A stretch of DNA of 64,000 bases from Pseudomonadales bacterium (GTDB lineage: Bacteria > Pseudomonadota > Gammaproteobacteria > Pseudomonadales > DC-out160). Shown piece after piece: positions 31,303-40,528 of this stretch. Made by a program: the position numbers and the translations under genes. A model generated the notes under the pieces. The model saw nothing but the letters and a program-made list of their open reading frames with translations. It searched no databases and had not been told where the DNA came from. Location of the stretch: the NCBI GenBank assembly GCA_019090455.1, contig JAHRWA010000010.1, forward strand, positions 211,366 to 275,365. Reading direction: 5' to 3'. The stretch's first letter is position 1. Every line of letters starts with the position of its first letter.

Positions 31303-34167
31303 TCAATTAACTAGACGCAATCCCTCAGGTAAAGATTCACCGAATACACGCTGCTGATCTTTTTCGTCCAATTGGATTATCTCCTCTACCATATTCACCC
31401 AACTGGAAGAACACTTAGATCCTGTCAGCTTTGCTACCACCTTTGCTCTCAACTCGTCATTCAAATCTCTTTCACGATCTCCCGATTGTCGGGCAATCAT
31501 ACTCGCAGCAAGTGCCGCGCCTTTATTTTTGCTCCAATCCTGTAACAATAAAAAACTGATCCACTGCCCCGCTACCAGCTTTGGCACCACACGATGGGCA
31601 CTCCCATAAAACGGTACCCGACTTCCTACACGGCCAAGAGCCCACCAAGTCGCCTCGGGTTCTTTCGCTTTCTTCAATCGTGTAACTAACCAATCCCCAA
31701 GCTCCTCTTTACTATCCGATGGAAGATGCTCTAACACTGCAGCCAGACGAACAATATCTTCATAAGAACGTATCTTTAAATCTTGAGCTACTTTTTGGTT
31801 TCGAGCCGTACCTGGGTTAATAAACTTAGCGATATCTTTATATATTTTTTCTTGCGCCTCTTCCGACAAGCCACCGGCCACCCGTCGCCAGAGAGTCCAC
31901 CACTCCGCCCAGGACTGTGATTCACCAGAAAACTGTACCCCTTGTGGATAATAGGCCCACAATTCATTTACCTTCCAGTCATCCAATGGATAGCCGAAAC
32001 CGGGACGCAAACAATACCCCATTAAATTATTCCATAACCGCTCATGATGACTTGAACGTCGACGGCGCTTAGCTCCCGTTGAAATCTCTTTGGACAACGC
32101 ACGTAGTAAGTTCGTATCCCAATTCGCTCTCTTACCCAACAACTTTTCTAGCTGCGGGCGCAAGTTTTTGATAACTTTCTTGTCCGATTTTTTTTCACTT
32201 TTCCCATAAACTTCATTTAGCCGAGCCAGCGCATCAGTAAAATTCGAAGGGAACTCCGCAGTTCCAGGCCTATCATCTAATGGCACAACTGGAGATCTCA
32301 GCAAGAATTCTAAATCCCAGACTCCCCCCCCCTTTGTCGCTACGCACTGTACTTGCAGTGATCCCACAGCTGTAACGTTTGCAACAATCTCAACCATAGC
32401 CTCATTTTCATCATTGCCTTCACTTTTCAAAACTGTCACTAGAGGAGGCAAAGCGACAAAGTCATCATCATCGACTGTAATCACTTGACCTGGAAAATAG
32501 CTTTTATCGATTACAGTCGACACCAAGTTAAATGAAACCGGTTTTCCCAACTTTAGAGAGAATTGTTTCCCTATCAGATTAATACTCTCTCCTTCAGAGG
32601 TCCCTTTGGGTAAAACACACAATGCGATATTGTCTGAATCTTCACTTTCAACCACTAAGAAAAAACTCCGCGCAGAACCTCCACCAATTTTCGTTTGCAA
32701 GCCACGTCGGGCCAACGCATACGCTACAGCTCCATAAGCAACTGCCTGATCTGTTTTATCGTTATCAAGCTGCTTAAGCGGTTCAGGCGACCAGTGATTA
32801 AACAGAGACAAAACTCGCTCCACAATCAAAGGACTTTTAAACATTCCACCATTAAACAATACGGTATCGGGAATTACCGCTCCAGCAGCACTACTCACTT
32901 GTATAGACCGGCATGCATCCTCATGACGATGTAAAAACGATGCTATATGTTTGCTGACTGCCGGGTCGGACACGTAGGTTAAACCAAGCTCCACAACAGC
33001 TGATTGTCGCTGCTTGGGAAAATCATTAAAATCAATTACCGGAAAGAAGCCGTCTAGCACCATTCGATGAATATCGGGTTTTGATACTTGTGTTTTACGA
33101 GTACCCCCTATCAATTTGGATCCACTACCCAATACGGTGATAGTGGCATACTCCGGCGCATCCTTTGCCAGTAACATTTCTTTCGCTTTGCGACTTTGTT
33201 GAATCAATTGAGATAAGGCGGAGGCTGTTAGCTTTTTACCTTCCCGTGTAATTTGTTTTTCGGCTTGATGCGCTAGCGCCAGGTCTACGTTATCCCCTCC
33301 CAGCATCAAATGATCCCCAACAGCGACTCGCTTTAATTCCACAGAATTTTCATTAACAGCGACACTCATCAAACTTAAATCCGTGGTGCCCCCACCCAAA
33401 TCACAAACTAAAATCAACTTGGATTCTTTCAGTATTTCTGCAGCATCGCTCTGATGCCGAAAAAGCCAGTCATACATCACAGCTTGGGGCTCTTCCAAAA
33501 GCAAATGATTAGCTAGACCTGCGAGCTTTGCAGATTCGATAGTCAAAGCGCGAGCCGCTTCGTCAAACGATGCGGGTATGGTGATAACAATTTCTTGCTG
33601 CCCCAAAGGATAATCCGGAAACCGATGATTCCACGCACACCGAATATGATCGAGATAACTGGCACTAGCGACGACCGGGGATACCTTTTCAACACCCTCA
33701 GCAGAAGACCAAGGTAATATGCCCGCCTGCCTATCAACGGAAGAATGGGACAACCAACTCTTAGCACTTACAACCCCCCGACCATCCACCTTGCTATTCA
33801 AGTCCCTCGCCCACTCACCAATAATGGCTTTTGGTGTAACCTCTCCAGCAATAAACTCCAGAGCATCAGTACTTGCATCCCAAGGTAAAATACAATCAGC
33901 CGGCGCGATTTCTCCCTTTGCAGGATGATATCGAAAAGAAGGTAAATTGGAACGCAGCGCAATTTCACCCGGTCCAACTAGTTGCTCGATTTCGAACAGC
34001 TGCAGCTCAGGTTTCAACGACGGTAAATCATGGGTGAGATTAGTGTTGCTAGCGTCTTCTTGTAAGGGGCTTAAATCACAATAGGTGACAACACAGTGTG
34101 TTGTCCCCAAATCAATCCCGACACAATATCGAGCTTTTTTATTACCTTCACGAATGACGGTGTTCAC
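31303..34167 (-). CDS. Atypical Hsp70-family protein with C-terminal DUF3731-like helical domain
   Basis: GIDLGTT, SAKSWL, TIPASFD, LLEEPQA, DLGGGTTD, LGGDNVD; Trp-rich tail (GYCLRPGFGYPLDDW, WWTLWRRVAGGL, FGESLPEGLRL). Confidence 0.85.
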   Translation of the reverse strand: MNTVIREGNKKARYCVGIDLGTTHCVVTYCDLSPLQEDASNTNLTHDLPSLKPELQLFEIEQLVGPGEIALRSNLPSFRYHPAKGEIAPADCILPWDASTDALEFIAGEVTPKAIIGEWARDLNSKVDGRGVVSAKSWLSHSSVDRQAGILPWSSAEGVEKVSPVVASASYLDHIRCAWNHRFPDYPLGQQEIVITIPASFDEAARALTIESAKLAGLANHLLLEEPQAVMYDWLFRHQSDAAEILKESKLILVCDLGGGTTDLSLMSVAVNENSVELKRVAVGDHLMLGGDNVDLALAHQAEKQITREGKKLTASALSQLIQQSRKAKEMLLAKDAPEYATITVLGSGSKLIGGTRKTQVSKPDIHRMVLDGFFPVIDFNDFPKQRQSAVVELGLTYVSDPAVSKHIASFLHRHEDACRSIQVSSAAGAVIPDTVLFNGGMFKSPLIVERVLSLFNHWSPEPLKQLDNDKTDQAVAYGAVAYALARRGLQTKIGGGSARSFFLVVESEDSDNIALCVLPKGTSEGESINLIGKQFSLKLGKPVSFNLVSTVIDKSYFPGQVITVDDDDFVALPPLVTVLKSEGNDENEAMVEIVANVTAVGSLQVQCVATKGGGVWDLEFLLRSPVVPLDDRPGTAEFPSNFTDALARLNEVYGKSEKKSDKKVIKNLRPQLEKLLGKRANWDTNLLRALSKEISTGAKRRRRSSHHERLWNNLMGYCLRPGFGYPLDDWKVNELWAYYPQGVQFSGESQSWAEWWTLWRRVAGGLSEEAQEKIYKDIAKFINPGTARNQKVAQDLKIRSYEDIVRLAAVLEHLPSDSKEELGDWLVTRLKKAKEPEATWWALGRVGSRVPFYGSAHRVVPKLVAGQWISFLLLQDWSKNKGAALAASMIARQSGDRERDLNDELRAKVVAKLTGSKCSSSWVNMVEEIIQLDEKDQQRVFGESLPEGLRLVN

Positions 34168-36005
34168 TTTTCATTTTCTCTCACATCAAGCTCGACATTC
34201 CAACGTTCATCCCCCTTCACTGCAACGGCTTCTAGTCGTAAGGTTCCGACCTCCGTCACCGCGGCGGCCAAATAAACCGGCACAACTTCGCCTGATGATA
34301 GCCCCTCTACTGGTAGAGTCGCCTGAATTTCGGGTAACTCTTCCAACTCACCTTCGTCCCAATCTTCCAATAAATTACCAGGTTGATCATCGCGTCGAGT
34401 CGCTGAACCATAGAATCGGAAACGAACCGGCTCACCAACGACCAAACCAAGCTCTTCGCCCTGCATCGTCACGCTAGATCCTTCTTCCATTCCAAATGGG
34501 GCAACACACAACGCTTGCATTGGTATTTCTATTCCGGGAATAGCCGGCATCGCACTTTCCACACCAATATAATAGGCATTCGCAATCCCACCTCGAATTC
34601 GCACTCCCTTACCACGCCTTACATACCCATAATATGCGGCTCCTTTCGCAACAGATAAATCAAGGTCTGCGCCATCCAATAGCCGTGCGGGTTTTGCGTC
34701 TTCAGTATCTAACCAGCTATTAATAATACCTAACACTCGCTCTGCCAAAACCGGTGCTTTTAAAACTCCACCGTTAAATAAAATGGCCGTCGGCTGAATA
34801 AATGCCCCTGTTACCGGCTCGAAACCCGCTAAGTTATTTAATGCATCAACTTGTTTAGTAAGAAAGGCAGCGAGATGTCGTGTGACACCAGCATCCTGAG
34901 CATAGGGCAATCCCAACTTAGTTAAAGCCCCGCGTGCTGTCTGTACCGGCAACTCACTCACATCGACTTTCGGAAAGAATCCGTCAACTAATACTGACTC
35001 TACCTCTGCACGAGTCAGTTCCGACCTTAACGTACCACCGATCAATTTCGATCCACGACTAGGAACAACTAAAGGAACTACGTCAACAGTCGAATCCGCA
35101 AGTAAACCTTCTTTCGCATCCCTGCAACTGTGTGTCAAAGCCAACACCTGCCACGCCTGCAGTTTCTTACCTTGTTTGGCTAGTTTTGATTTAATGCAAT
35201 ATGCCAAGGCAAGATCCATATTGTCCCCGCCCAATAGAATATGATCTCCCACCGCCACTCGATTCAAACCGAGATTACCCTCTTCTTCTGTCACGGCTAT
35301 TAACGATAGATCAGTAGTACCACCACCAATATCAACGACCAGAACAATATCCCCAACACTGACCTGATCCCGCCAAGCATCACCGGCCTGATGTATCCAA
35401 CTGTAAACCGCAGCTTGGGGTTCCTCTAATAACGTCAAGTTCTTCATACCTGAACTGCGAGCAGCCTCTGCTGTCAGTTCACGTGCCGCAGGATCGAAGG
35501 ACGCAGGTACCGTAATCGTCACTTCTTGTTCTTCGATTGGGTTTTCATAGAAATGCTGATTCCAAGCCGCCTTGATATGTTCCAAGTAAGTCATGGTCAC
35601 ATCAAACGGGGACATTTTCTCCACTTCTTCCGGCGCATCAAGCGGTAAGAACGCTGAGCGACGATCGACTCCACCATGACAAAGCCAACTCTTTGCACTT
35701 GAAATTAAACGTATCGGTGTTTTGCTCCCCAACGACCTGGCCAGCTCACCTACCAATTTATCTGGACGCCTATCCCACGGTAACGCTAGATCGTCTGGAG
35801 CCACTTCCGACTCATGATACTGATATAAAAAAGAAGGCAATTGCGCTTTTTCCTCAACACTACCCAGGCTAGCTAATTGCGGAAGGAGCAAAATTTCTTG
35901 TTTGATTTCATCTTCAATTGCAGTACTGCCTTCATTCTCTAAATCCACAAAAGAAACGACACAGTGTGTAGTACCTAAATCTATTCCAATACTATACCGA
36001 CTCAC
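34164..36005 (-). CDS. Atypical Hsp70-family protein
   Basis: GIDLGTT, SAKSWL, TVPASFD, LLEEPQAA, DIGGGTTD, LGGDNMD; paralog of the downstream gene without its tail. Confidence 0.88.
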   Translation of the reverse strand: MSRYSIGIDLGTTHCVVSFVDLENEGSTAIEDEIKQEILLLPQLASLGSVEEKAQLPSFLYQYHESEVAPDDLALPWDRRPDKLVGELARSLGSKTPIRLISSAKSWLCHGGVDRRSAFLPLDAPEEVEKMSPFDVTMTYLEHIKAAWNQHFYENPIEEQEVTITVPASFDPAARELTAEAARSSGMKNLTLLEEPQAAVYSWIHQAGDAWRDQVSVGDIVLVVDIGGGTTDLSLIAVTEEEGNLGLNRVAVGDHILLGGDNMDLALAYCIKSKLAKQGKKLQAWQVLALTHSCRDAKEGLLADSTVDVVPLVVPSRGSKLIGGTLRSELTRAEVESVLVDGFFPKVDVSELPVQTARGALTKLGLPYAQDAGVTRHLAAFLTKQVDALNNLAGFEPVTGAFIQPTAILFNGGVLKAPVLAERVLGIINSWLDTEDAKPARLLDGADLDLSVAKGAAYYGYVRRGKGVRIRGGIANAYYIGVESAMPAIPGIEIPMQALCVAPFGMEEGSSVTMQGEELGLVVGEPVRFRFYGSATRRDDQPGNLLEDWDEGELEELPEIQATLPVEGLSSGEVVPVYLAAAVTEVGTLRLEAVAVKGDERWNVELDVRENEK

Positions 36006-36625
36006 AACTCTACCTCCGCTGCTGCGATAATGGTGACATCGTGCCCTTCACTTATTTTAGGTAATTTCACTTCTTGAGCGCGCCACCCGCGATGTATTAA
36101 CGTGCCTGAAAATGGAGCACTGCCCACGACCTTTCCTGTTAACCGAATCTCAGATGCATTAAACCCATCCTGAAGCGTAAGCCGGCTTCCCTCTTCTTCT
36201 TCCCGAATAGGCATCAACGTAAAATACTCGTTTATCGCTTTTAAACTTCCCTCATGTACGATACGAGCAGCGGCGCCAACCTCCTCATCGGAGTATTCAC
36301 TAATGTTTTCATAAATAAAATCGATCATTCGAGCCTCTTGCTGTAACAGACTGAGAAACTGCAGAGCTGAATCGGGAGAAGTGGATTTGATAACAGATTC
36401 GTTAACGGCAGGCTCTTTAAGAGGTATTGCCTTATCCGGAGTTTCACTAGAAATGGCGGGGTTTAGTGTAACGTCGGTGTGCGTATTTTTTGATGGTTTT
36501 AGCGCTAGCAATATTAAAAGGATGATGGCAATCCCAGATAATACTAGGTGTGTGATATCAAATACTGCAGGTAGCTGTAAGCTAGGGTCAAAATTCATGT
36601 TTTTCATCTCAAATTCGTTCAACAA
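36002..36625 (-). CDS. DUF2760-family membrane-anchored protein
   Basis: N-terminal TM helix; ALQFLSLLQQEARMIDF, VGAAARIVHEG, IRLTGKVVGSAPFSGTLIHRGW, IAAAEVEL. Confidence 0.82.
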   Translation of the reverse strand: MLNEFEMKNMNFDPSLQLPAVFDITHLVLSGIAIILLILLALKPSKNTHTDVTLNPAISSETPDKAIPLKEPAVNESVIKSTSPDSALQFLSLLQQEARMIDFIYENISEYSDEEVGAAARIVHEGSLKAINEYFTLMPIREEEEGSRLTLQDGFNASEIRLTGKVVGSAPFSGTLIHRGWRAQEVKLPKISEGHDVTIIAAAEVEL

Positions 36626-37166
36626 TCAAAATAGGGACTCTTTTTCTTGGCATCGAATAATATCAAATTTTTGGCGCTGAGTCAGGAGCCTAACACTCTC
36701 TGCTGCCTGGAAAACGAACACTATGTTATTGTTTTGTACACACATTTAACTGCTGTTGTATCAGTTAAAATGAAACTCAGTGAAAGCAATTAAAAAGGAG
36801 CAGCCTGATTCGATATCCAGTCTCGATCCAACTGACCATTGACTAATAAAGCAATAAGCTGCTTCAAAACCATCAACTCAAGCGAACAGGGCTTCTGAAG
36901 CACTTACGTTTAGATCAAAAACATGGCAGAATTCCAATCAATCATTACCAATGAACGCACTAAGCCCAAGGGGTTTAATCATGCTTGTACATCAATTCTA
37001 ATCCCAACATATAACTAAAACAGGGATTGGCTGCCTTACAGTTAAAATGAAGTCGCATTAATCATGTAAACCGACCTGAATGCGCTCAATACGGACAAGA
37101 AGAGCTAAAGCATCTCACTGGACCTAGAATTTGCTTAACTCACCCACTTAATCTAAGGACGATTCA

Positions 37167-37679
37167 ATGAAACCAACCTCTAAATTAAAAATATTTTCGT
37201 CAAATTCACTCGTTAAACGCCTATCTATTGTTGGCACCACCAGCCTAGTACTATCAGCCTGCGCCGCATCCCCTTTTTCCAAACCAGAAATAGAATTACA
37301 AGAATTATCCAATGCGGATGAGGCAGTGGTATACATTTATCGCCCACGAAACAGTTTAAGCGGATTCGGCGAAAAGCATCCTCCAAAAGTATTCATTAAT
37401 AAACGTTCAATTGGAGAGTTACCTAACGGTCGGTTCAAATCTACCCTAATCCAGGAGTTGGAAAATAAAACTATCAGCCTTCATAAGACCGTTAAAGACC
37501 ACGCCTTCTCAAACGTCATACTCCAACAAGACATAGATATTTCTGGCGCTGCTAGATATTTCTTAAAACTGGAATACAACCACGACAGTGAACCCAACAT
37601 GGTATTGGTAAGTGAAAGTGAAGCGCTAAAAGATATGTCAAAACTGAAGCCAATTGCTGACCCTATAGAAGAAGAATAA
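37167..37679 (+). CDS. DUF2846-like lipoprotein
   Basis: Lipobox LSAC; AVVYIYRP, VFINKRSIGELPNG, RYFLKL. Confidence 0.7.
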   Translation: MKPTSKLKIFSSNSLVKRLSIVGTTSLVLSACAASPFSKPEIELQELSNADEAVVYIYRPRNSLSGFGEKHPPKVFINKRSIGELPNGRFKSTLIQELENKTISLHKTVKDHAFSNVILQQDIDISGAARYFLKLEYNHDSEPNMVLVSESEALKDMSKLKPIADPIEEE

Positions 37680-37753
37680 GTACGGCATACCAATTTGGTT
37701 AAAGCAGTATTCAAATTAAAACATGAAGAACAAGACAAGAACTTCTAACAAAA

Positions 37754-37781
37754 CATCGGCTCTCATTTCTAAGAGCCGATG
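37754..37781. terminator. Hairpin between convergent genes
   Basis: CATCGGCTCT-N8-AGAGCCGATG. Confidence 0.6.
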
Positions 37782-37796
37782 AGAATACTAATTATT

Positions 37797-38702
37797 TTAT
37801 AGCGTGATTATAATAGCTTCCGGCACTGTACTCTGCCCCGAATCATCTCTTCCCCAGCAGCTGATTAAGCCAACGCTATCGACTACACAAGTATGATATC
37901 CACCTGCTGATAAGCTTATGATTGTCCCTAAATCTGCCGGCACATCTGCTTGTCCATACGTAGAATCACCCCAACATACCACCCCCGTGTCATCAACAGC
38001 ACAAGAATGCTCATAGCCAACAGACACCTTACTCGGATTACTTAAATCTGGGACAGTATTTTCTCCAAAGGTATTAAACCCACCCCAGCAAGAAACTGCA
38101 GCAGGGATAGCATCGATAGCACAAGAATGGAATGGGCCCACTGCTAACTGAATGGGATTCAACAGAAAAGGTACGACAGCGACACCTAAAAAATCAAACC
38201 CTAACTCGTTTGGGTCTGTAAACCAACAAGAAACACCTTCTGCATCCAATACACAATTGTGTGTTGCTCCGACACCCACGACTACTGGATTGTCAAAACT
38301 TGGTATTGCTCCAATTTGATTTGCAGCCCCCCAACAGACGACTCCGCTATCATCTATACCACAAGCATGTGTTTCTTCCGCCGATATCGCAGTTAAGTTA
38401 CTCAGACCTTCTGGTATATCGCTTTGCCCTGTAGAGTTTAAGCCCCAACATGAGGCCGCTTGCGAATCCATGGCACAAGTATTCGACCCACCCGCCGCTA
38501 GCAGCGATGTGCCAATCAACGTAGGAGCGTCAATCTGGCCTAAATCATTATTTCCCCAACATGTCGTAACGCCTAGTGAAGACCGAGTACAGGTATGCAT
38601 ACCTCCAGCAGAAACTTCTTGTATTCGATTAACAGGCTCACAACCCCAAAGCGTCACTAAAGTTACTACACATAATAAAATTTTATTATTTCGGTATGAC
38701 AT
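37797..38702 (-). CDS. RCC1/BLIP-II-repeat beta-propeller lipoprotein
   Basis: Lipobox LWGC; about 7 repeats of (S/A)AGxxH(T/S)C...V.CWG.N..GQ. Confidence 0.82.
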   Translation of the reverse strand: MSYRNNKILLCVVTLVTLWGCEPVNRIQEVSAGGMHTCTRSSLGVTTCWGNNDLGQIDAPTLIGTSLLAAGGSNTCAMDSQAASCWGLNSTGQSDIPEGLSNLTAISAEETHACGIDDSGVVCWGAANQIGAIPSFDNPVVVGVGATHNCVLDAEGVSCWFTDPNELGFDFLGVAVVPFLLNPIQLAVGPFHSCAIDAIPAAVSCWGGFNTFGENTVPDLSNPSKVSVGYEHSCAVDDTGVVCWGDSTYGQADVPADLGTIISLSAGGYHTCVVDSVGLISCWGRDDSGQSTVPEAIIITL

Positions 38703-39078
38703 ATCGTTCTCCTTAATTATAATTATGATATTCCAAGTTTATTAAACGTCAGCGAATAACGTGTGCCTCAACCCACTAGAGCTAGCTTCCCGAGTAACCA
38801 TCATATTGTTTATGTTAATTTTTGAGTCTTTGACAGGAAAACTTTGAAAATATTTTTTTGCGGAGGACTTAGGTCACACCTCCCTCTTAAATGGATGGTG
38901 GATCTATTAACCACTCCGTATTTTTCCATAACGACAGTGTTGCAAGTTACGCAGAATCATAATATGTGTCAATATGGGATCACCATAATCCTGTATCGCG
39001 TTTTGACAAACTCTGCCCCCTAGAGACAACTGAATTCAATCCTCTCCACAAACATAGGCCGCACGCACAAACCCATAT

Positions 39079-39963
39079 TTATAAAAAATCGACTTCAGGA
39101 CATAACACACCACCCAACTTCGGTTCGGTATCATTAATTTTAGCGGCAACACACTGCATCGTAACGATATTGTCAAAATTGACTACAGTAAGCTTCGATA
39201 TCGACTGCATCCTTACGGTCGCTACTCCCTGTACTGGAATTCTCGAATATTCAACTGCAGAGGGGCAACCCACCGCAGCACACTCTCCTAACAGATCACC
39301 TCTGGGGCGAGCTGAGATGGCCGATAATAATTCCCCCACTAGAGGTACTACTAATGGATAATTATAAAACAACTCGACCCTTAACAAATTCGCATCAGTC
39401 AACGTATCATTGCCAACGACTATTGCTCCTCTCTCCTGTAAAAAATTATTAGGTATACAAAGCACCCCCCCTACACATGGAACCGTAAGGTCGCGAAAGC
39501 GTATAAAAGACTCAAGATTCGGATTCACAATAATGACTTCAACCGGAATATTCGCAATATTACCAAGCTCGTAGTCTTGCCTATCGGCGTCACTTAAAAT
39601 TGGGCGCAACCCTTTAACAGCCGCTTCTTTCATTGCAACAAGATCAAGACCACTGACGGCACCTGCTCGCGCGGCCATGAGAGCAGCGTAATTCATTGTG
39701 TTTTTAGCTTCCCAGACATAACCCATCTGTACCGTTGCAAACCCCACTACCAGAAGCATTGGCGCAACTATCAGGGTCTCAGTCATGGACACTCCACGCT
39801 GACTACGCTTAGAACCCATCAACATCGTCGTCCTTCTATTAGGATTAAACGACTTTCTAGCAACAAAACTGAATGCCCGGAATAACCACACGGCCATACT
39901 TTTTATATTTTTTATACCTAGCTTACTCAATTGATTTAACTCGCGACACTGCTTGCTAATCAT
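39079..39963 (-). CDS. TadE-like minor pilin
   Basis: Class III signal QRG|VSMTET, TM helix, YAALMAARAGA, DANLLRV, YPLVVPLVG; true start probably downstream (MLMGSKR). Confidence 0.8.
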   Translation of the reverse strand: MISKQCRELNQLSKLGIKNIKSMAVWLFRAFSFVARKSFNPNRRTTMLMGSKRSQRGVSMTETLIVAPMLLVVGFATVQMGYVWEAKNTMNYAALMAARAGAVSGLDLVAMKEAAVKGLRPILSDADRQDYELGNIANIPVEVIIVNPNLESFIRFRDLTVPCVGGVLCIPNNFLQERGAIVVGNDTLTDANLLRVELFYNYPLVVPLVGELLSAISARPRGDLLGECAAVGCPSAVEYSRIPVQGVATVRMQSISKLTVVNFDNIVTMQCVAAKINDTEPKLGGVLCPEVDFL

Positions 39964-39979
39964 AGGTTAGCTCCCTGTT

Positions 39980-40528
39980 CTATTTTTCTTCCCAATTATC
40001 TTGGAGTCTTTCGGCCAAACGCTCTAAGCTTGAGCTTTTATCATATCGAGATGTACCACCAGTAGAAAAGTGGTAAATATGGCCAAGCAGGTCTGATACT
40101 TTCGACACATCCGCGTCGGCATCAAGCATGGCCGTGTAAAACTTAAAGTGCTTTTCGGCTAACGCTAAATTTACCACGGCTAAATTATATTGCGCCATAT
40201 TATAACCAGGATCGCGCGCAAGCACCTTTTCATAGTAGCCTCTCGCAACTGGCAGTTTTTTTTGTCTATAGGCAATATTACCCAGCTTATACATTGCCGG
40301 GAGAGAGTTTTCATCAAGTGCCAAAGCTTTTTCAAAGGACTTAATAGCAGATGTCCAATCTTTTTCTAAATAGGCCTGCTGCCCCTGCATTAAGTAAGAT
40401 TTTACCGAATGTATTTCAATATTCTCTGGAGGCTTCAATGCTGTATTTTGGCAACCTAAGAGCCCTCCCACGGTTAAGTACAGCAGGAAAACTTTCACCG
40501 ACTTACCCATTACTGAGAGCCTACCCAT
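39980..40528 (-). CDS. TPR lipoprotein (possible TadD/pilotin role)
   Basis: Lipobox LLGC; TPR helices AIKSFEKALALD, AMYKLGNIAY, AQYNLAV. Confidence 0.72.
   Translation of the reverse strand: MGRLSVMGKSVKVFLLYLTVGGLLGCQNTALKPPENIEIHSVKSYLMQGQQAYLEKDWTSAIKSFEKALALDENSLPAMYKLGNIAYRQKKLPVARGYYEKVLARDPGYNMAQYNLAVVNLALAEKHFKFYTAMLDADADVSKVSDLLGHIYHFSTGGTSRYDKSSSLERLAERLQDNWEEK

Noticed and set aside
31303..36005. Calling the Hsp70 genes dnaK or hscA
   Set aside because: Divergent C-terminal halves, no dnaJ/grpE/isc context and no sigma32 promoter.
37119..37135. Possible sigma54 promoter (TGG...TTGC) before the DUF2846 gene
   Set aside because: GG-to-GC spacing is 11 nt rather than the required 10.
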